The translations under genes and the position numbers were made by a program. DNA of 62,877 nt, counting the filler, from Octopus bimaculoides (Eukaryota), in NCBI RefSeq assembly GCF_001194135.2. It is 5 parts of 5 records of this genome, joined end to end, with 100 filler letters (N's around TTAATTAATTAA, not from the genome) between each part and the next. Parts side by side here need not be neighbours in the genome. Positions count along the whole stretch, not along the records: positions 1 to 19,367 come from NC_068996.1; positions 19,468 to 33,614 come from NC_068991.1; 3 more parts are not named here. One strand, written 5' to 3'. The notes beneath the pieces are model-generated. The model searched no databases, had not been told where the DNA came from, and saw nothing but the letters and a program-made list of their open reading frames with translations. Shown here piece after piece: positions 10,400 through 23,030 of this stretch (position 1 is its first letter; each line of letters begins with the position of its first letter).

Positions 10400-13210
10400 A
10401 CTCTATCTTTTACCCTGTTGCTAGAATGACGAAAACACAAACACACCTATACAAGAAAAATCTACGATACCTCTTTTTACCTCGCATGCTTTACGAATTA
10501 TATTATACATACCAGCCCGTCGTGGTTTGGCTATATACAAAGTAACGGTAATAAATATTTGTTTACAACTTCGATCACTGTTCTTCTTTAATCTTACACA
10601 TCTGCAACATCAACACCCGTTACAATTGGTAACTGCCGATTCCAACATATACCATTACATTAATCATTACAGTGTCGTTGAGCTACAGGCCATTGTTAAC
10701 AAGATTAAACAAAAAGCCAACTGCTCTAATGTTGAAAGTTATCGATGATGTTGCTAGAGAACACATATAATCATGCGATGTTTATTACTGGACAATTAAT
10801 ACCCTCATATGTTCAGCTAGTACCAGTCTCGAAGAACCACTCGAAAAAACCTGCAGTACACGTGCTAATGAAATCATTAAACGGATACGGCCTAGATGGA
10901 AAACATCAGCAACCCGTGCCACCGTACTGGATGGTTAACCACGATAATAAAATGGAAGAAGAATGATGAGTCCACACCTCACGATTTACATGTAATGCAC
11001 AAAATCACAAAACTCTACAGCGACTCTTCACGCCAAAACCTTAAAGGAAAGCTAATTATTTAAAGCACGAGTTTAGGACGCTGAGCAAAAGACTTCATTA
11101 TCGCAGAAAATCTTTTGAGTCAGTAAGTATTAAACACAAATTTGCTTCCAATCCACAGGCATTATATCAAAAGTTGAGAAATGAAAACACTACCCTTAAG
11201 AACGCACCTTCTCTAGAGGATCTTGAATAATTCTGGTCTAAAATCTGAAACGAAAGATAAATTTTAACTAGAATGCTTCGTAACTAAATTCTGTTAGGAA
11301 AGAATACTGTACCACCATCGACCGTAAAACACAATCAACCCTGGAGCTTTCACTACAGCTGTAGGCAAAATCCATTATGAGAAAAAACCAGTATGAGATC
11401 TAATGGTTGGATACTATGATAAGATCTGACTTTCTACAGAAAGCCATCAACGTGCGTGTTCAAAAAACTATGGTAGGCTAGACTGACATAGCAAACTGCT
11501 TGCTATAGCACAGATGAATTTTGTTGCCAAGAATGAAACCAAATAGTTGGCAAAAAATTATAGACCTCTTGCTTTCTTAAACATTATGTATACGCTTTAC
11601 ACAAACTATAATCAACCAATTCTTCTAGGATCGTTGTGAGCCCAACAACAGTAATTGATAAACATGCAGGTGAAAAACCGAGATTGTGAGGATGTGCCTC
11701 ACAACCTTTGATAAATAATACTGTACTGTTTGAAGTAAGAAAATATACTGTAGATGCTTTGCGACAGTATGATTTGATTATAGAAATGCATTCAATTGTA
11801 TTCCTATTCATAGCTGCTAAAATATCTACATTTGGCAAAAGTGCCTACTACCATAGTAGATGCTCACAACAGCCTGGACAACAATTCTCACACTTATAAT
11901 GAGAGCGAAATTATCGTCTTTGGTGTTATAAATATTTCAAAGGGAATATTCCTAGGCGAGAGTGTTTCTGTAATTTAGTTTGTTTTTGGCAAAAATCCGT
12001 TGTAATTTCTGTTACAGAAATCCAGTGACTACATGCTAGGAGCTATAACTGCTAAAGATACCAAAGTAACCTATAATTTCTCATGAGAATGACCTGAAAA
12101 TTCATTCTAAAATGTTTACAATGTCTAAAAACAGCTGGAATCAATTACAATATTTTCAGCTGACGTCGGGATGAAATTTGACCAAAAGCAATATACATCA
12201 ACAGTCTTTCTATTGCTCCTGTTCCACACAAAGAACGCTGCAAGCACCTAGTACCGATGAAAATATATCATACAAAAGTGCTGTGAATAAAAATAGAATG
12301 ACCCAAGAATATTATATCAGACTTAGAAAAATATGGCAGTCGGAAAAGTTCTCTTGCAACAAGACAATATTACGCAAAGCACTTGCAGTACCATTCTATA
12401 GAGGAAATTCACTCTCGAGATATTAAACCCAGCAAGGGCCTGACGTCAACTGGACTAACATACCACAAAGAAGAACTGAGTATGGAAGCTCAGCATGCCT
12501 CTATCCCGCCATTTCCGGATATCATTGTTTAGCACACACACAAGAAAAAGCTTGTATTGTCATAGACATCAGATGCCCTGCTGATTTGTTCGGAAATCAA
12601 AGAGAAAGGCAATGACTGCGGACAACTGCTTCAAAACTTTCAGCTTTTATACCCAAATTATAATTTCACAGTAGAGGCGCAATGGCCCAGTGGTTAGGGC
12701 AGCGGACTCGCGGTCATTGGATCGCGGTTTCGATTCCCAGACCGGGCGTTGTAAGTGTTTATTGAGCGAAAACACCTAAAAGCTCCACAAGACTCCGGAA
12801 GGGGATGGTGGCGAACCCTGCTGTACTCTTTCACCACAACTTTCTCTCACTCTTACTTCCTGTTTCTGTTGTGCCTGTAATTCAAAGGGTCAGCCTTGTC
12901 ACACTGTGTCACGGCTGAATATCCCCGAGAACTACGTTAAGGGTACACGTGTCTGTGGAGTGCTCAGCCACTTGCACGTTAATTTCACGAGCAGGCTGTT
13001 CCGTTGATCGGATCAACTGGAACCCTCGACGTCGTAAGCGACGGAGTGCCAACAACATAATTTCACAGTAAATGTTTAAGTGACCATCTGGAAAATTTAA
13101 GGTCTTCAGTGAAGGAAATCAACCAGTTAACACGATCATTACAAATACAGTCATAAAACAGAGCAGCAAATATATGCAAGACTTTTCTCAAGTTCAAAAT
13201 GTGACATTGT
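10400..13210 (+). mobile_element. Highly degenerate, internally deleted R4/Dong-type non-LTR element
   Basis: Remnant motifs: NPQALYQKLRNEN..APSLEDLE*FWSKI (~11150-11250), KNYRPLA (~11560), GIFLGES (~11945), DLKI (~12092), RLE IVIDIRCP..LLYPNYNFTV (~12550-12673), resuming after the SINE. Confidence 0.7.
12674..13056 (+). mobile_element. tRNA-derived SINE family A (OK-like), full length, nested in the R4 element
   Basis: Pol III A/B-box-like head; 14-bp TSD ATAATTTCACAGTA at 12660-12673 and 13057-13070. Confidence 0.92.
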
Positions 13211-13319
13211 TTTTGGTATCTACCTTCCAACAATGGAGCTTTGTATTTTTGTTAGAAACCAGCTCCTCCCGTACAGAAACACTTCAAATATTTAAAAATA
13301 GAAGAGATATACAAGTTTA

Positions 13320-13374
<55 letters not shown>

Positions 13375-14389
13375 NNNNNNNNNNNNNNNNNNNNNNNNNN
13401 NNNNNNNNNNNNNNNNNNNNNNNNNNNNNNNNNNNNNNNNNNNNNNNNNNNNNNNNNNNNNNNNNNNNNNNNNNNNNNNNNNNNNNNNNNNNNNNNNNNN
13501 NNNNNNNNNNNNNNNNNNNNNNNNNNNNNNNNNNNNNNNNNNNNNNNNNNNNNNNNNNNNNNNNNNNNNNNNNNNNNNNNNNNNNNNNNNNNNNNNNNNN
13601 NNNNNNNNNNNNNNNNNNNNNNNNNNNNNNNNNNNNNNNNNNNNNNNNNNNNNNNNNNNNNNNNNNNNNNNNNNNNNNNNNNNNNNNNNNNNNNNNNNNN
13701 NNNNNNNNNNNNNNNNNNNNNNNNNNNNNNNNNNNNNNNNNNNNNNNNNNNNNNNNNNNNNNNNNNNNNNNNNNNNNNNNNNNNNNNNNNNNNNNNNNNN
13801 NNNNNNNNNNNNNNNNNNNNNNNNNNNNNNNNNNNNNNNNNNNNNNNNNNNNNNNNNNNNNNNNNNNNNNNNNNNNNNNNNNNNNNNNNNNNNNNNNNNN
13901 NNNNNNNNNNNNNNNNNNNNNNNNNNNNNNNNNNNNNNNNNNNNNNNNNNNNNNNNNNNNNNNNNNNNNNNNNNNNNNNNNNNNNNNNNNNNNNNNNNNN
14001 NNNNNNNNNNNNNNNNNNNNNNNNNNNNNNNNNNNNNNNNNNNNNNNNNNNNNNNNNNNNNNNNNNNNNNNNNNNNNNNNNNNNNNNNNNNNNNNNNNNN
14101 NNNNNNNNNNNNNNNNNNNNNNNNNNNNNNNNNNNNNNNNNNNNNNNNNNNNNNNNNNNNNNNNNNNNNNNNNNNNNNNNNNNNNNNNNNNNNNNNNNNN
14201 NNNNNNNNNNNNNNNNNNNNNNNNNNNNNNNNNNNNNNNNNNNNNNNNNNNNNNNNNNNNNNNNNNNNNNNNNNNNNNNNNNNNNNNNNNNNNNNNNNNN
14301 NNNNNNNNNNNNNNNNNNNNNNNNNNNNNNNNNNNNNNNNNNNNNNNNNNNNNNNNNNNNATATATATATATATATATATATATACAAG

Positions 14390-14812
14390 AATTAAGGAAT
14401 GGAGTAGATAAGTTAAGGAATAGAGTAGATATGTTTCATAGCATGCGGAACCTCGGAAGTGGTAAATATCCAAGTGAGGTGTATACTGCAGGCTACTCTT
14501 CAGACCAAGGATATCTTGATTATATGAAAGTTTACATTGTCGCAAGAAGGTACATGCTAGCATATGGAAGATTCAATCAGAATGTGTAGAGAGCACAGTA
14601 GGAGTGGAGAATATGAATGTAAAGGCTTCTCGGCCTTTTGGCTAAGATCAAAGTGGCATATGAATGTAGAGAGAAATTTATCGTATTTCGATAAGAAAAA
14701 AATCCACAACCACTCAATAAACAACAAGTGCCCCTGAAAGTTGTTTTTTCTTTATATTTACTACGGATTGCTTGAACCTAACTTTCAACCTACATCTGGA
14801 TCCTTGGATCTA
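14390..14812. mobile_element. Unclassified dispersed repeat, related to 35150-35500 and 35630-36095
   Basis: 14395-14600 is the reverse complement of 35660-35890; 14680-14810 matches 35340-35495 and 35960-36090 directly. Confidence 0.7.
14622..14657 (+). pseudogene. U2: 3'-truncated U2 snRNA retropseudogene
   Basis: GCTTCTCGGCCTTTTGGCTAAGATCAAAGTG (14625-14655) matches the U2 5' end; flanked by ATATGAATGTA direct repeats at 14611-14621 and 14658-14668. Confidence 0.9.
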
Positions 14813-14814
14813 GT

Positions 14815-14868
<54 letters not shown>

Positions 14869-14941
14869 ACATGTATATATAACTGTATTTATACTCACAT
14901 ATTTACATATACTTGGGTGGGTGTATATATATATATATATA

Positions 14942-15915
14942 TGTAGTGAAACTAACCTCTATCACCATTATATACAAACACGCGAGCGTAGTAGAAAACA
15001 TCTCTTTCCCTGTCATCACCTGACTGACTATTTCTTTGCGCGGGTAAATTGTCTCCACCCGTTCGTCTCAGAATGCAAACTGACCAACCACAGCCCCTAA
15101 TAAGGTCACGTGATAGTGTTTTTCTAATGCTTCTCTGGAGCCTACCTTCAGCTATAAATATACTAAATTATACCCGCCAAATCGTCGCGTCTCAGATCTT
15201 AGATCTGGCTGCCGGCCACACACGCGTAACACCAACCAGCCAGTTCCAGCGACGACATCGACATCATCGTCCAACTACGACTACCAGCATCGCCGCTAGC
15301 GTCAACACGACTCTGCGTACTACCAGCATCGCCGCCAGCGTCAACATGACTCTACACGTACACAAGCTACCAACAGCTAACCGCAGCACTTCTCTTCAAT
15401 CCTGTTTGTGTGATTCACTTCGCCACGAAAAATAACAGCCAAGAACCCAACCTGCGAAGAACATCTGTATTCAAGATGATCGCTCTACCCCACACACCTT
15501 AACTTCTTATATACAGACACTTACCACTGTGTACTCTGATTAAGAACTGGTAAATTCTTATACGTGTTACTGACTCTAATCTAACTCTGTATCTCACGCA
15601 TTCACATACATGTATTACTCGCACACACTCTTTTCTTTACATGACGGCCTGTCTTTTATTGTGTTTCATTATGTCGCATTCACTCACACACAGACATACA
15701 TTTTAATGTTACAATAAATCTTACTGTTATTAATCTGTATCGGTTGGTTCAATATCGTTTTCCTTACTGGCATTTCTAAGTTCTCTATGTTATCGAAGTA
15801 TAACATATTTATCATTTTATATTTTTGTGTTCGATCGTGTGACGCGTTTAAAGAAGGAGCCCTGTTTTCCATTCGTCACCATTTCTCCTTTTGGGTTCGC
15901 ACGGTCGTTCTTACA
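14942..15915. mobile_element. Solo LTR, copy 2
   Basis: TGTAGTG...GTTCTTACA termini, TSD TATA inside a (TA)n tract, homologous to 3514-4517. Confidence 0.85.
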
Positions 15916-16008
15916 TATATATATATATATACGTAGGTGTATATATTTTGCATGCACACATACATCCATACATACATACATACATTACATACATATATAC
16001 ATACACAC

Positions 16009-16278
16009 ACAATACGGCACAATTATTTCACCTCAATGGGCCTCGCTCTCTTTAACATTACACCTAAAGACATAAAGTTCAAGATGTCTTTGGACAAATT
16101 CCTTCAAAAAGTCCCAGATAAACCTCACACACCCGGATATGTCTCCATAAACAACAACTCTCTCCTGGAGTAGGCCATGTTGTCCGATTCCTGATTTGAA
16201 TGACTTTGCCAGGTGGTACTATTAAGTTAGACATGGCCTGGGCCAATACAGGCCGAAACCTATCAAAGTATCAAAATA
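16009..16278 (+). mobile_element. LINE ORF2 C-terminus/3' end (CR1-superfamily-like)
   Basis: TIRHNYFTSMGLALFNITPKDIKFKMSLDKFLQKVPDKPHTPGY..NNSLLE* resembles the GPxLFN..FK..LDKFL..PDxP tail. Confidence 0.55.
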
Positions 16279-16288
16279 TGTGTGCGTG

Positions 16289-16331
<43 letters not shown>

Positions 16332-17770
16332 GCATACATAATACATATATAATCTCATGGCGGTTCGAGCGATACGTCTTAAATAAGAGATAAAATTCTG
16401 AAGCTATTATGCGTATTTAACACTAACATAGAAAGAGATCTACTTCAATTGAAACAAATTAAGCGAAGATATTACAGTATATATAGATATATATGCCGTG
16501 ATCAGTTGTGATTTTTATTGAACAAATACAAAAGGCATTTAACTAGGAATATGATGTAGATGTATAGTATAGTTCAACTTCAATCTTACTAACGAGAGAC
16601 ATGACTTGGAGTTTTGTGTGAAGATAATAATACCACACATTTACTTTTGAGGCACAGTTTGGATTTTCGAACTCCAAAAGAAATAAAAAAATAAAGGGGG
16701 GGGGAGACTGCTACGGAAACACTGCATGCAAAGCATCTCGACACAAAAGAAAAGAAAGACGTTTTCTTTTAGAAAGAAAATTGTCACTACTTTGGATATC
16801 GCAACTTAAGATCGAGAATTGTTGGGTTACTTCCCTTGTTAGAAAGGACAGAATATCATAAGTGTATGAAAAAGAAGGAATCAAGAAATAAGAGGGGGAC
16901 GGGGAAGGATGGAAAATGTGGTGCAGGAAAAGGGAATAAATGAAGGACTGAAATATTAAAAGATGAAAGACTGATCGGAAACAGCGATGGCGGAAAGTGG
17001 GCAATGATGTAATTTCCCTAAAACGGCACAGACGAGTATTTTAGAATGTTCTTTCGCTCGTGTAAAATAGTTGTACCCATTGGTTATTTAGGTACGTTCC
17101 GAGCGCGAGGCAACCCTTAAGTGCCCATCACAAGTTATAGAAAAAAAGAAAACCTATGGTGAATTAATGTATAAATTGCGGTTTTTGTGTCATGATTATA
17201 GATTCTTAGTTGACTTCTTATAAGTGCACTGGGTTATCAACCAGCAAATTTCTATAAAAGTCGAGAAATGCTGGGGTTCTTCAAGAAAAAAGTAACTGAC
17301 GGAGTACCAGTTTTTGTTTTTGTTTTTTGTTTTTTTTTATCTTACCAAGGTATCTGAAATGAATTTGTGATTAGTTTTTTATTGCTGAGAAAGTACTGAG
17401 AAAGTAGAGAGAAGGGTGTACGGTGCAGTGTGTGGCATTGACAGATGACCTCAGTTTTCTGACAACTGTCAGCTCCGTTATTTCGTAATAAAAAGCTGGT
17501 ATGGTTTCCAGAATGAGACTTACCAGTTTTCAATAATCGGCTATCTGATATAGGAAACGGTGGTTGTGGTGCAACCTTCTGGTGTTGGAAAGGTTCCTGT
17601 TGAGTCTAATCTTAATTCTAACTACTGTCTCTCTTCTATCGTTTTTGCTTAATTGCGTAGTCACGCAGATGGGAGATTGTAAACAGTACAAGAGACAGCA
17701 CACAGGATTCTGCCGCTTCTACAGAAAAAAAAAGCCCAGGCTTTTCTCTTCCAACAAATCATAATATAGC

Positions 17771-17963
17771 TTTCAAATTTTGACAAAAGGCCACAAACTT
17801 CGGGTGAGGGAGTAAGTCGATTACATCGACTCCAGTGCTCAACTGGTACTTATCTTATCGACCCCGAAAGGATGAAAGGTAAGGTCAACTTTGGCGGAAT
17901 TAGAACTTAGAACGTGGAGACGGACAAAATATCGCTATGCATTTTGCCTGGCGTGCTAACGAT
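17771..17963 (-). mobile_element. tRNA-derived SINE family C
   Basis: Reverse complement of GTTAGCACGCCAGGCAAAATG...CCTTTCATCCTTTCGGGGTCGATAA...; related to 43926-44112. Confidence 0.8.
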
Positions 17964-18039
17964 TAGCAATGACGAATATTTCTGAATTTACTAACCCAAC
18001 GTTCAATTACCCTACATACAGTGACGAAAGCTGTATTGT

Positions 18040-18243
18040 TTCGCTAGTGTGATGTTTCCTGATAAATATTTAGGTCAACCTTTTGATCATGGTCTTGGCC
18101 AACACCTTCCCAGAAGTGAACCTGCAGTCCGTAACGATGTTGGCGTCCTGCCAATGTTGCGGTATGACGTGCTCTTGATTGCTCTATGATGTAGAGATGA
18201 AACTTTCTCGAACAATCCTCCATGGAATGAAGCGGTTACCAAC
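18040..18243 (-). mobile_element. Degenerate RTE-type RT fragment
   Basis: Minus strand VIPQHWQDANIVT..GKVLAKTMIKRL..QYSFR. Confidence 0.5.
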
Positions 18244-18244
18244 C

Positions 18245-18271
18245 ACTACTACTACTACTACCACCACCACC

Positions 18272-18339
<68 letters not shown>

Positions 18340-18402
18340 NNNNNNNNNNNNNNNNNNNNNNNNNNNNNNNNNNNNNNNNNNNNNNNNNNNNNNNNNNNNN
18401 NN

Positions 18403-18464
<62 letters not shown>

Positions 18465-18465
18465 A
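18245..18465. repeat. (ACT)n/(ACC)n microsatellite with internal gap
   Basis: Direct reading. Confidence 0.95.
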
Positions 18466-18728
18466 TACCATAAACATGTATCTATAGACATATTTGGGAG
18501 AAAAGGGATTTTCGCGTAAAGAGAGCGGCCAACACCAACTTTACAGATATATGTAAGTGTAACAGTAAACATGTGCAAAACTTTGTTGTAGGAAGAACAC
18601 TCGTAAACAAAGAAATATCCATCCGTCCGTCTATCCATCTATCCACTCACCCATCCATCCATCTATCCATCCATCCATCCATACATACATACATACATAC
18701 ATACATACATACATACATACATACATAC

Positions 18729-18943
18729 GTAACCTCGTGGATATCGTTGGCGATTTTTTCTTCCTCCGTCTTCCCTTCTTTGGACTTGCCTATGTTTCCG
18801 ACAAAGAGCTCCGCTCGAAACGTCAAATTCTCTTTCTTTCCTTTCCCGAACGTCCAGTAACACAATATCTGTATCACGTCCTTGCGTTGTTGTTGTTTTT
18901 TTTTGTTTGTTTTTTTTTTTGTCGTTTTTCGTTTTTGAACTCA
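18729..18943 (+). mobile_element. ~200-bp dispersed repeat with decayed hammerhead motif (family 2), copy 1
   Basis: Homologous to 51156-51340; GTTT-CCGACAA-A-GAGC tcc GCTC-GAAACGTC-AAAT at 18794-18828. Confidence 0.65.
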
Positions 18944-18995
18944 ATGCATACATACATACATACATACATACATACATACATACATACATACATAC

Positions 18996-19367
18996 ATTGA
19001 GAAGAAAGGAGTCTGGGGATGTAGTGAACAACTACTAATAAATAAGGTAGTAATGACGGAGGTACGGCAGCACAGAAGAAATCTGGTCTCCATGTGGCTT
19101 GACTATAAAAAAGCCTTCTACTCTGTCCCCCATTCGTGGATGCTAGAAACCCTCCGGCTTGCTAAAGTCCCAGGGAACTTGATTAATGCCATATCTAACC
19201 TGACATCTTCCTGGGCCACCATTGTGAAGTTAAATACAGTAAGTGGATGTATCACCAGCAAAAAAATACAATATCGCAGGGGGATATTCCAAAGAGGCAG
19301 CCTCTCTGTGATGCTGTTCATACCCATTATCATACATGCTGAAGAAGTCTGAAGGGTATCTAATTGG
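18996..19367 (+). mobile_element. R4/Dong-type RT fragment ending at a gap
   Basis: GCSEQLLINKVVM..WLDYKKAFYSVPHSWM..GIFQRGSLSVMLF. Confidence 0.85.
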
Positions 19368-19467
19368 NNNNNNNNNNNNNNNNNNNNNNNNNNNNNNNNN
19401 NNNNNNNNNNNTTAATTAATTAANNNNNNNNNNNNNNNNNNNNNNNNNNNNNNNNNNNNNNNNNNNN
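19368..19467. other. Assembly placeholder N44-TTAATTAATTAA-N44 (also 33615-33714, 50368-50467, 56915-57014)
   Basis: Identical 100-bp construct four times. Confidence 0.9.
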
Positions 19468-19911
19468 GAGACTTTCAGACGATGAATATTTAAGTATAAA
19501 TATATAGATATTTATATTAATAAATCCAATTGACATGGAGTATAATCAACAAAGAAAATTAAAGGGGAAGAAGAAAAGTGTTATAAAAGTCCAATAGCTG
19601 TTTCTGGGAGCTCAGTGATCCATTGTTTATCTACCAGCATTATTCTATCTTTGAACTTCTCTACCTTAAGATCTGAAGTGTAAGATCTTTTCTATCCTGA
19701 TAACAGAAGCTCATCTTTTCCAATGTTGATTGCTTCCATTATGACTGCATATTGCGATGAACTACATCTACCAACATTATGATGGATCTCCAAGCCCCCA
19801 GAAACAGCTGTTGGATTTATAATTTTCTCTGTTGTTTGGACTGTGTAAGTTGAATCTATTAATATAAATATCTATATATTTATACTTAGATATTCATCAT
19901 CTGAAAGTCTC
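19468..19911. repeat. Inverted repeat (~150-170-bp arms) upstream of the Penelope-like ORF; probable inverted pseudo-LTR pair
   Basis: 19468-19640 is an imperfect reverse complement of 19765-19911. Confidence 0.75.
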
Positions 19912-20089
19912 TACCTTTTACTTTCACTGGTTTTGCATGTACACATATATACATATTTTGTATTTCATACCCAAATGGTTATATTTAATATATCTAATTT
20001 GTTTATCTGAATAATTGCCTTTATATCTGCTCAATGTAATCCCTCTTATAGCCATTCTTTACCCAAGGAATTGATCCCTGTAAAGACAT

Positions 20090-21053
20090 CGGAGTCTAAG
20101 TTTGAATCATTTGAGTACTACTAAGTGCCTTCTATACTGAGATTCTCTGGATTTAAACCCAGCAAGATCTGAAATTAGGCTAGTAGCTAAAAAATTACTT
20201 AGAAACACTAATAACAAAATTAGAGAAATTACTGAGCTTCAACAATGGAATAACAGTTTTGCTGTAATAGATTGGTTTAAGACTAAATTTACCCAGTTTG
20301 ATATTATAGGATTTTATCCCTCTATTGATGCTTGATAAAGACTGATGCTTGATAAAGATTGATGCTTGATAAAGCTATTGAATTTGCTAAATCATATGTT
20401 GATATTGACTCTATAGACCTAGATTTTATTAGGCATGTGAGGAAAACACTACTGTGCAATAAAGAATTAGCATGGGTAAAAGAAAGTCGTGTAATGGTGA
20501 ACTATTTGATGTATATATATGGTTGTATGATAGTGCTGACGTCTGTGATCTTGTGGGTTTGTTTATATTAAGTACATTGAGATATAAGTGCCCATCTCAT
20601 AATGTTGGTCTATACCAAGATGAAGTTTGGGTATTTCTCATGGATGTGATGGTCACACCCTTGATAGATTTAGAAAGCAACTTATTCCTATCTTTAATCA
20701 ATTAAGCCTTAAAATTACAGTAGCTACTAATCTGTCTATAGTTGATTATTTAGATGTTTCCTTAGATCTGAACTCCTCATACAAGCCTTTCCATAAACCT
20801 AGTGAAAAACATATATACACAAGTCTTGTCACCCTCCTGTAATATTAAAAAAAAACCTGATAGTTAATATTCATAACAGAGTGTCTAACCTCTCTTCTTT
20901 TAAAGAAATTTTCGAGAAAGTAGCCCCCTACTATAACAATGCCCCAGCCAATAGTGGCTCCAAAGATAAATTAAGATATAATCCCTCTAATATTAATCAG
21001 AATAATAATAATAGATCTAGTGTTATCAAAGATAATGTAATACATAGCCCCTC

Positions 21054-21100
<47 letters not shown>

Positions 21101-21745
21101 GACCTAAAAATAGGCCATGGAAAATTATTTGGTTTGCCCCTCCCTTAACATAAAAACTAACATAGGTAAAAGGTTCCTGTATCTCCTAGACACACTTTCT
21201 AGTCACTCACAGATACAGGAAAATATTCAATAGGTGTTCTGTAAAATTATCATATAGTTGCTGCCTCAATGTGAAGAGTATTATTACACATGGTCAGTAC
21301 CAAGAGTCTAAATCCAGTTGTAACTGTTGCAACCCAGGATCCTGTACACCTGGCTGACAATGTATGATTAAATCTATCATATACGAGGGAGAAGTTACAG
21401 CAACCCTAAATAATAATACAGCAGGTATGAAGACTTATATCGGATTATGTGAAGGAGAATTTAAAAACCACTATGCCAATCACATAGCCTCCTTCCAGCA
21501 TAAGGACAAAAGCAAAGCTACTAAGTTGGCTAGCTAAGTATGGAGTTTGAAAGATAATGAAAGACCACAAGTGGAAAATAATTGAGAAATCCATACCTTA
21601 TGTTAATGGACTGAATAAATGTAGGCTTTGTTTAACTGACAGAGTACAGATCGTGTCCAGATCTAAGATCCATAACTCTCTACTGAACTCTAGATCTGAA
21701 ATGTTCAGTGGCTGTAAGCATATGTATAAATATACTTTGAAAAAT
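20090..21745 (+). mobile_element. Penelope-like retroelement (RT + C-terminal GIY-YIG), degenerate
   Basis: FTQFDIIGFYPSID; YDSADVCDLVGLFIL; GLYQD; VDYLDVSLDL; CNCC..SIIYEGEV..KTYIGLCEGEFKNHYANH..CRLCL..LNSRSEMFSGCKH. Confidence 0.88.
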
Positions 21746-21944
21746 TGGAAAATTCTGCCTATTCCTTGTAACTTGTTGATATCTTTCCAGCCTTATAATT
21801 TAAGGTCTAAGAAGGATAACTCATACCTTTTTTACTTTTTACGTTTTAGTTTTCGGTTACATTTTCCGCTTTACATTTTCGATTTTTTAACCTCTCATGT
21901 TTTCTATACACTACCTTCTCAGCCTATTTGTATGTTATGAGATC

Positions 21945-23030
21945 TGCCAAAAGACCCCAAATCCCTATGAGAATTGGAGCAAATCAGTGGTGAATGGAAA
22001 ACCACTGGAGCTCCAGAATATCAGGATTTCCTAATTTATGATAACAGACCTAAATCGACAGAGAGAATAATAGTATTTCCTACCAACCAGGTACTTGAAC
22101 ATTTAGCCCGCAGTACAACATAGTTTATGGATGGGACTTTTGCAACAGCTCCAAAGAATTTCCAATAAGTGTTCCTCTTGGTTTATTTGCCATAACGTGT
22201 GTATGTTTTTCTGTTGGTAAAGTCACAATCCACATATGAAGAACTCCTCAGGGTAATCTTGGACGAATGCAATCATCTGGGATTCAATCCAGATCCCACC
22301 AATGTGATGACTGATTTTAAACATGGAATTATCAATGCTATTTTAACAGTTCTTCGACCACTCGTATTATCTCATGGCTGTTTCTACCATCTGACCCAAA
22401 GTACATGGAGAAAGGTATAAAGTTTGGGACTGACCACTGTATACAAGAATGATATGGTAACCGAATGAAACATTTTTATAGAATGTTGTATGAACTGGCT
22501 TTTCTACTTGTAGACAAAGTGGCCAGTGGAATGGGTTATATAATGGATAATGTACCTGATGTTGAAGGATTGAAAGATCTTGTGGACTATTTCAATAGCA
22601 CATATGTATTAGGCACTTATCATCGCATCCAGCCACCAGCTCTTCTTGATGGAATAATTCCTCCAGTACTCATGAGAAAGATTCCTCCCTTGTTTCCACT
22701 GCAGTTATGCAATGTCCACTAGCCAACCATTGATAATGGTGGTTGCACCAATAACCTATGCAAAAGCTGGAATTTTTATTTCCATGAACTTGTGGGGTAT
22801 AACCAGCCAACTATCTAGAAGGCCACTAAAGGTTTTAGAAAAGATGAAGCTCTCGTATCAACAGCACTGATTAAAGATTCTCATGGCCAGCCTCCAAGAA
22901 AATGAGTGAAATGTGTCATAAAGGAGTATCAACAACGTTTGAAGAACTTGTGTCTGGACTACGTGAATGAGAGGAAAACCATGGAAGAATTTCTGAACGG
23001 CATAGGGCACAACCTCAGGTTGTAATAAAA
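21945..23030 (+). mobile_element. Mutator-like (MULE) DDE transposase pseudogene
   Basis: FMDGTFATAP; VMTDFKHGIINAI; HGCFYHLTQSTWRK; LVDYFNSTYV; TNNLCKSWN, with stops. A possible terminus with GGGCTTTTGTC repeats ends CCTACACTC at ~23957-24022. Confidence 0.85.

Noticed and set aside
13174-14589. Very long ORFs in the track (also ~29.2-30.0, 41.5-42.7, 46.2-46.7, 57.8-58.8 and 61.6-62.1 kb)
   Set aside because: They run through N-gaps translated as X and are not real coding capacity
19412-19423. Recurrent TTAATTAATTAA motif (also 33659, 50412, 56959)
   Set aside because: Always centred in exactly 44 N on each side, so it is a scaffolding placeholder. Adjacency across these gaps is uncertain
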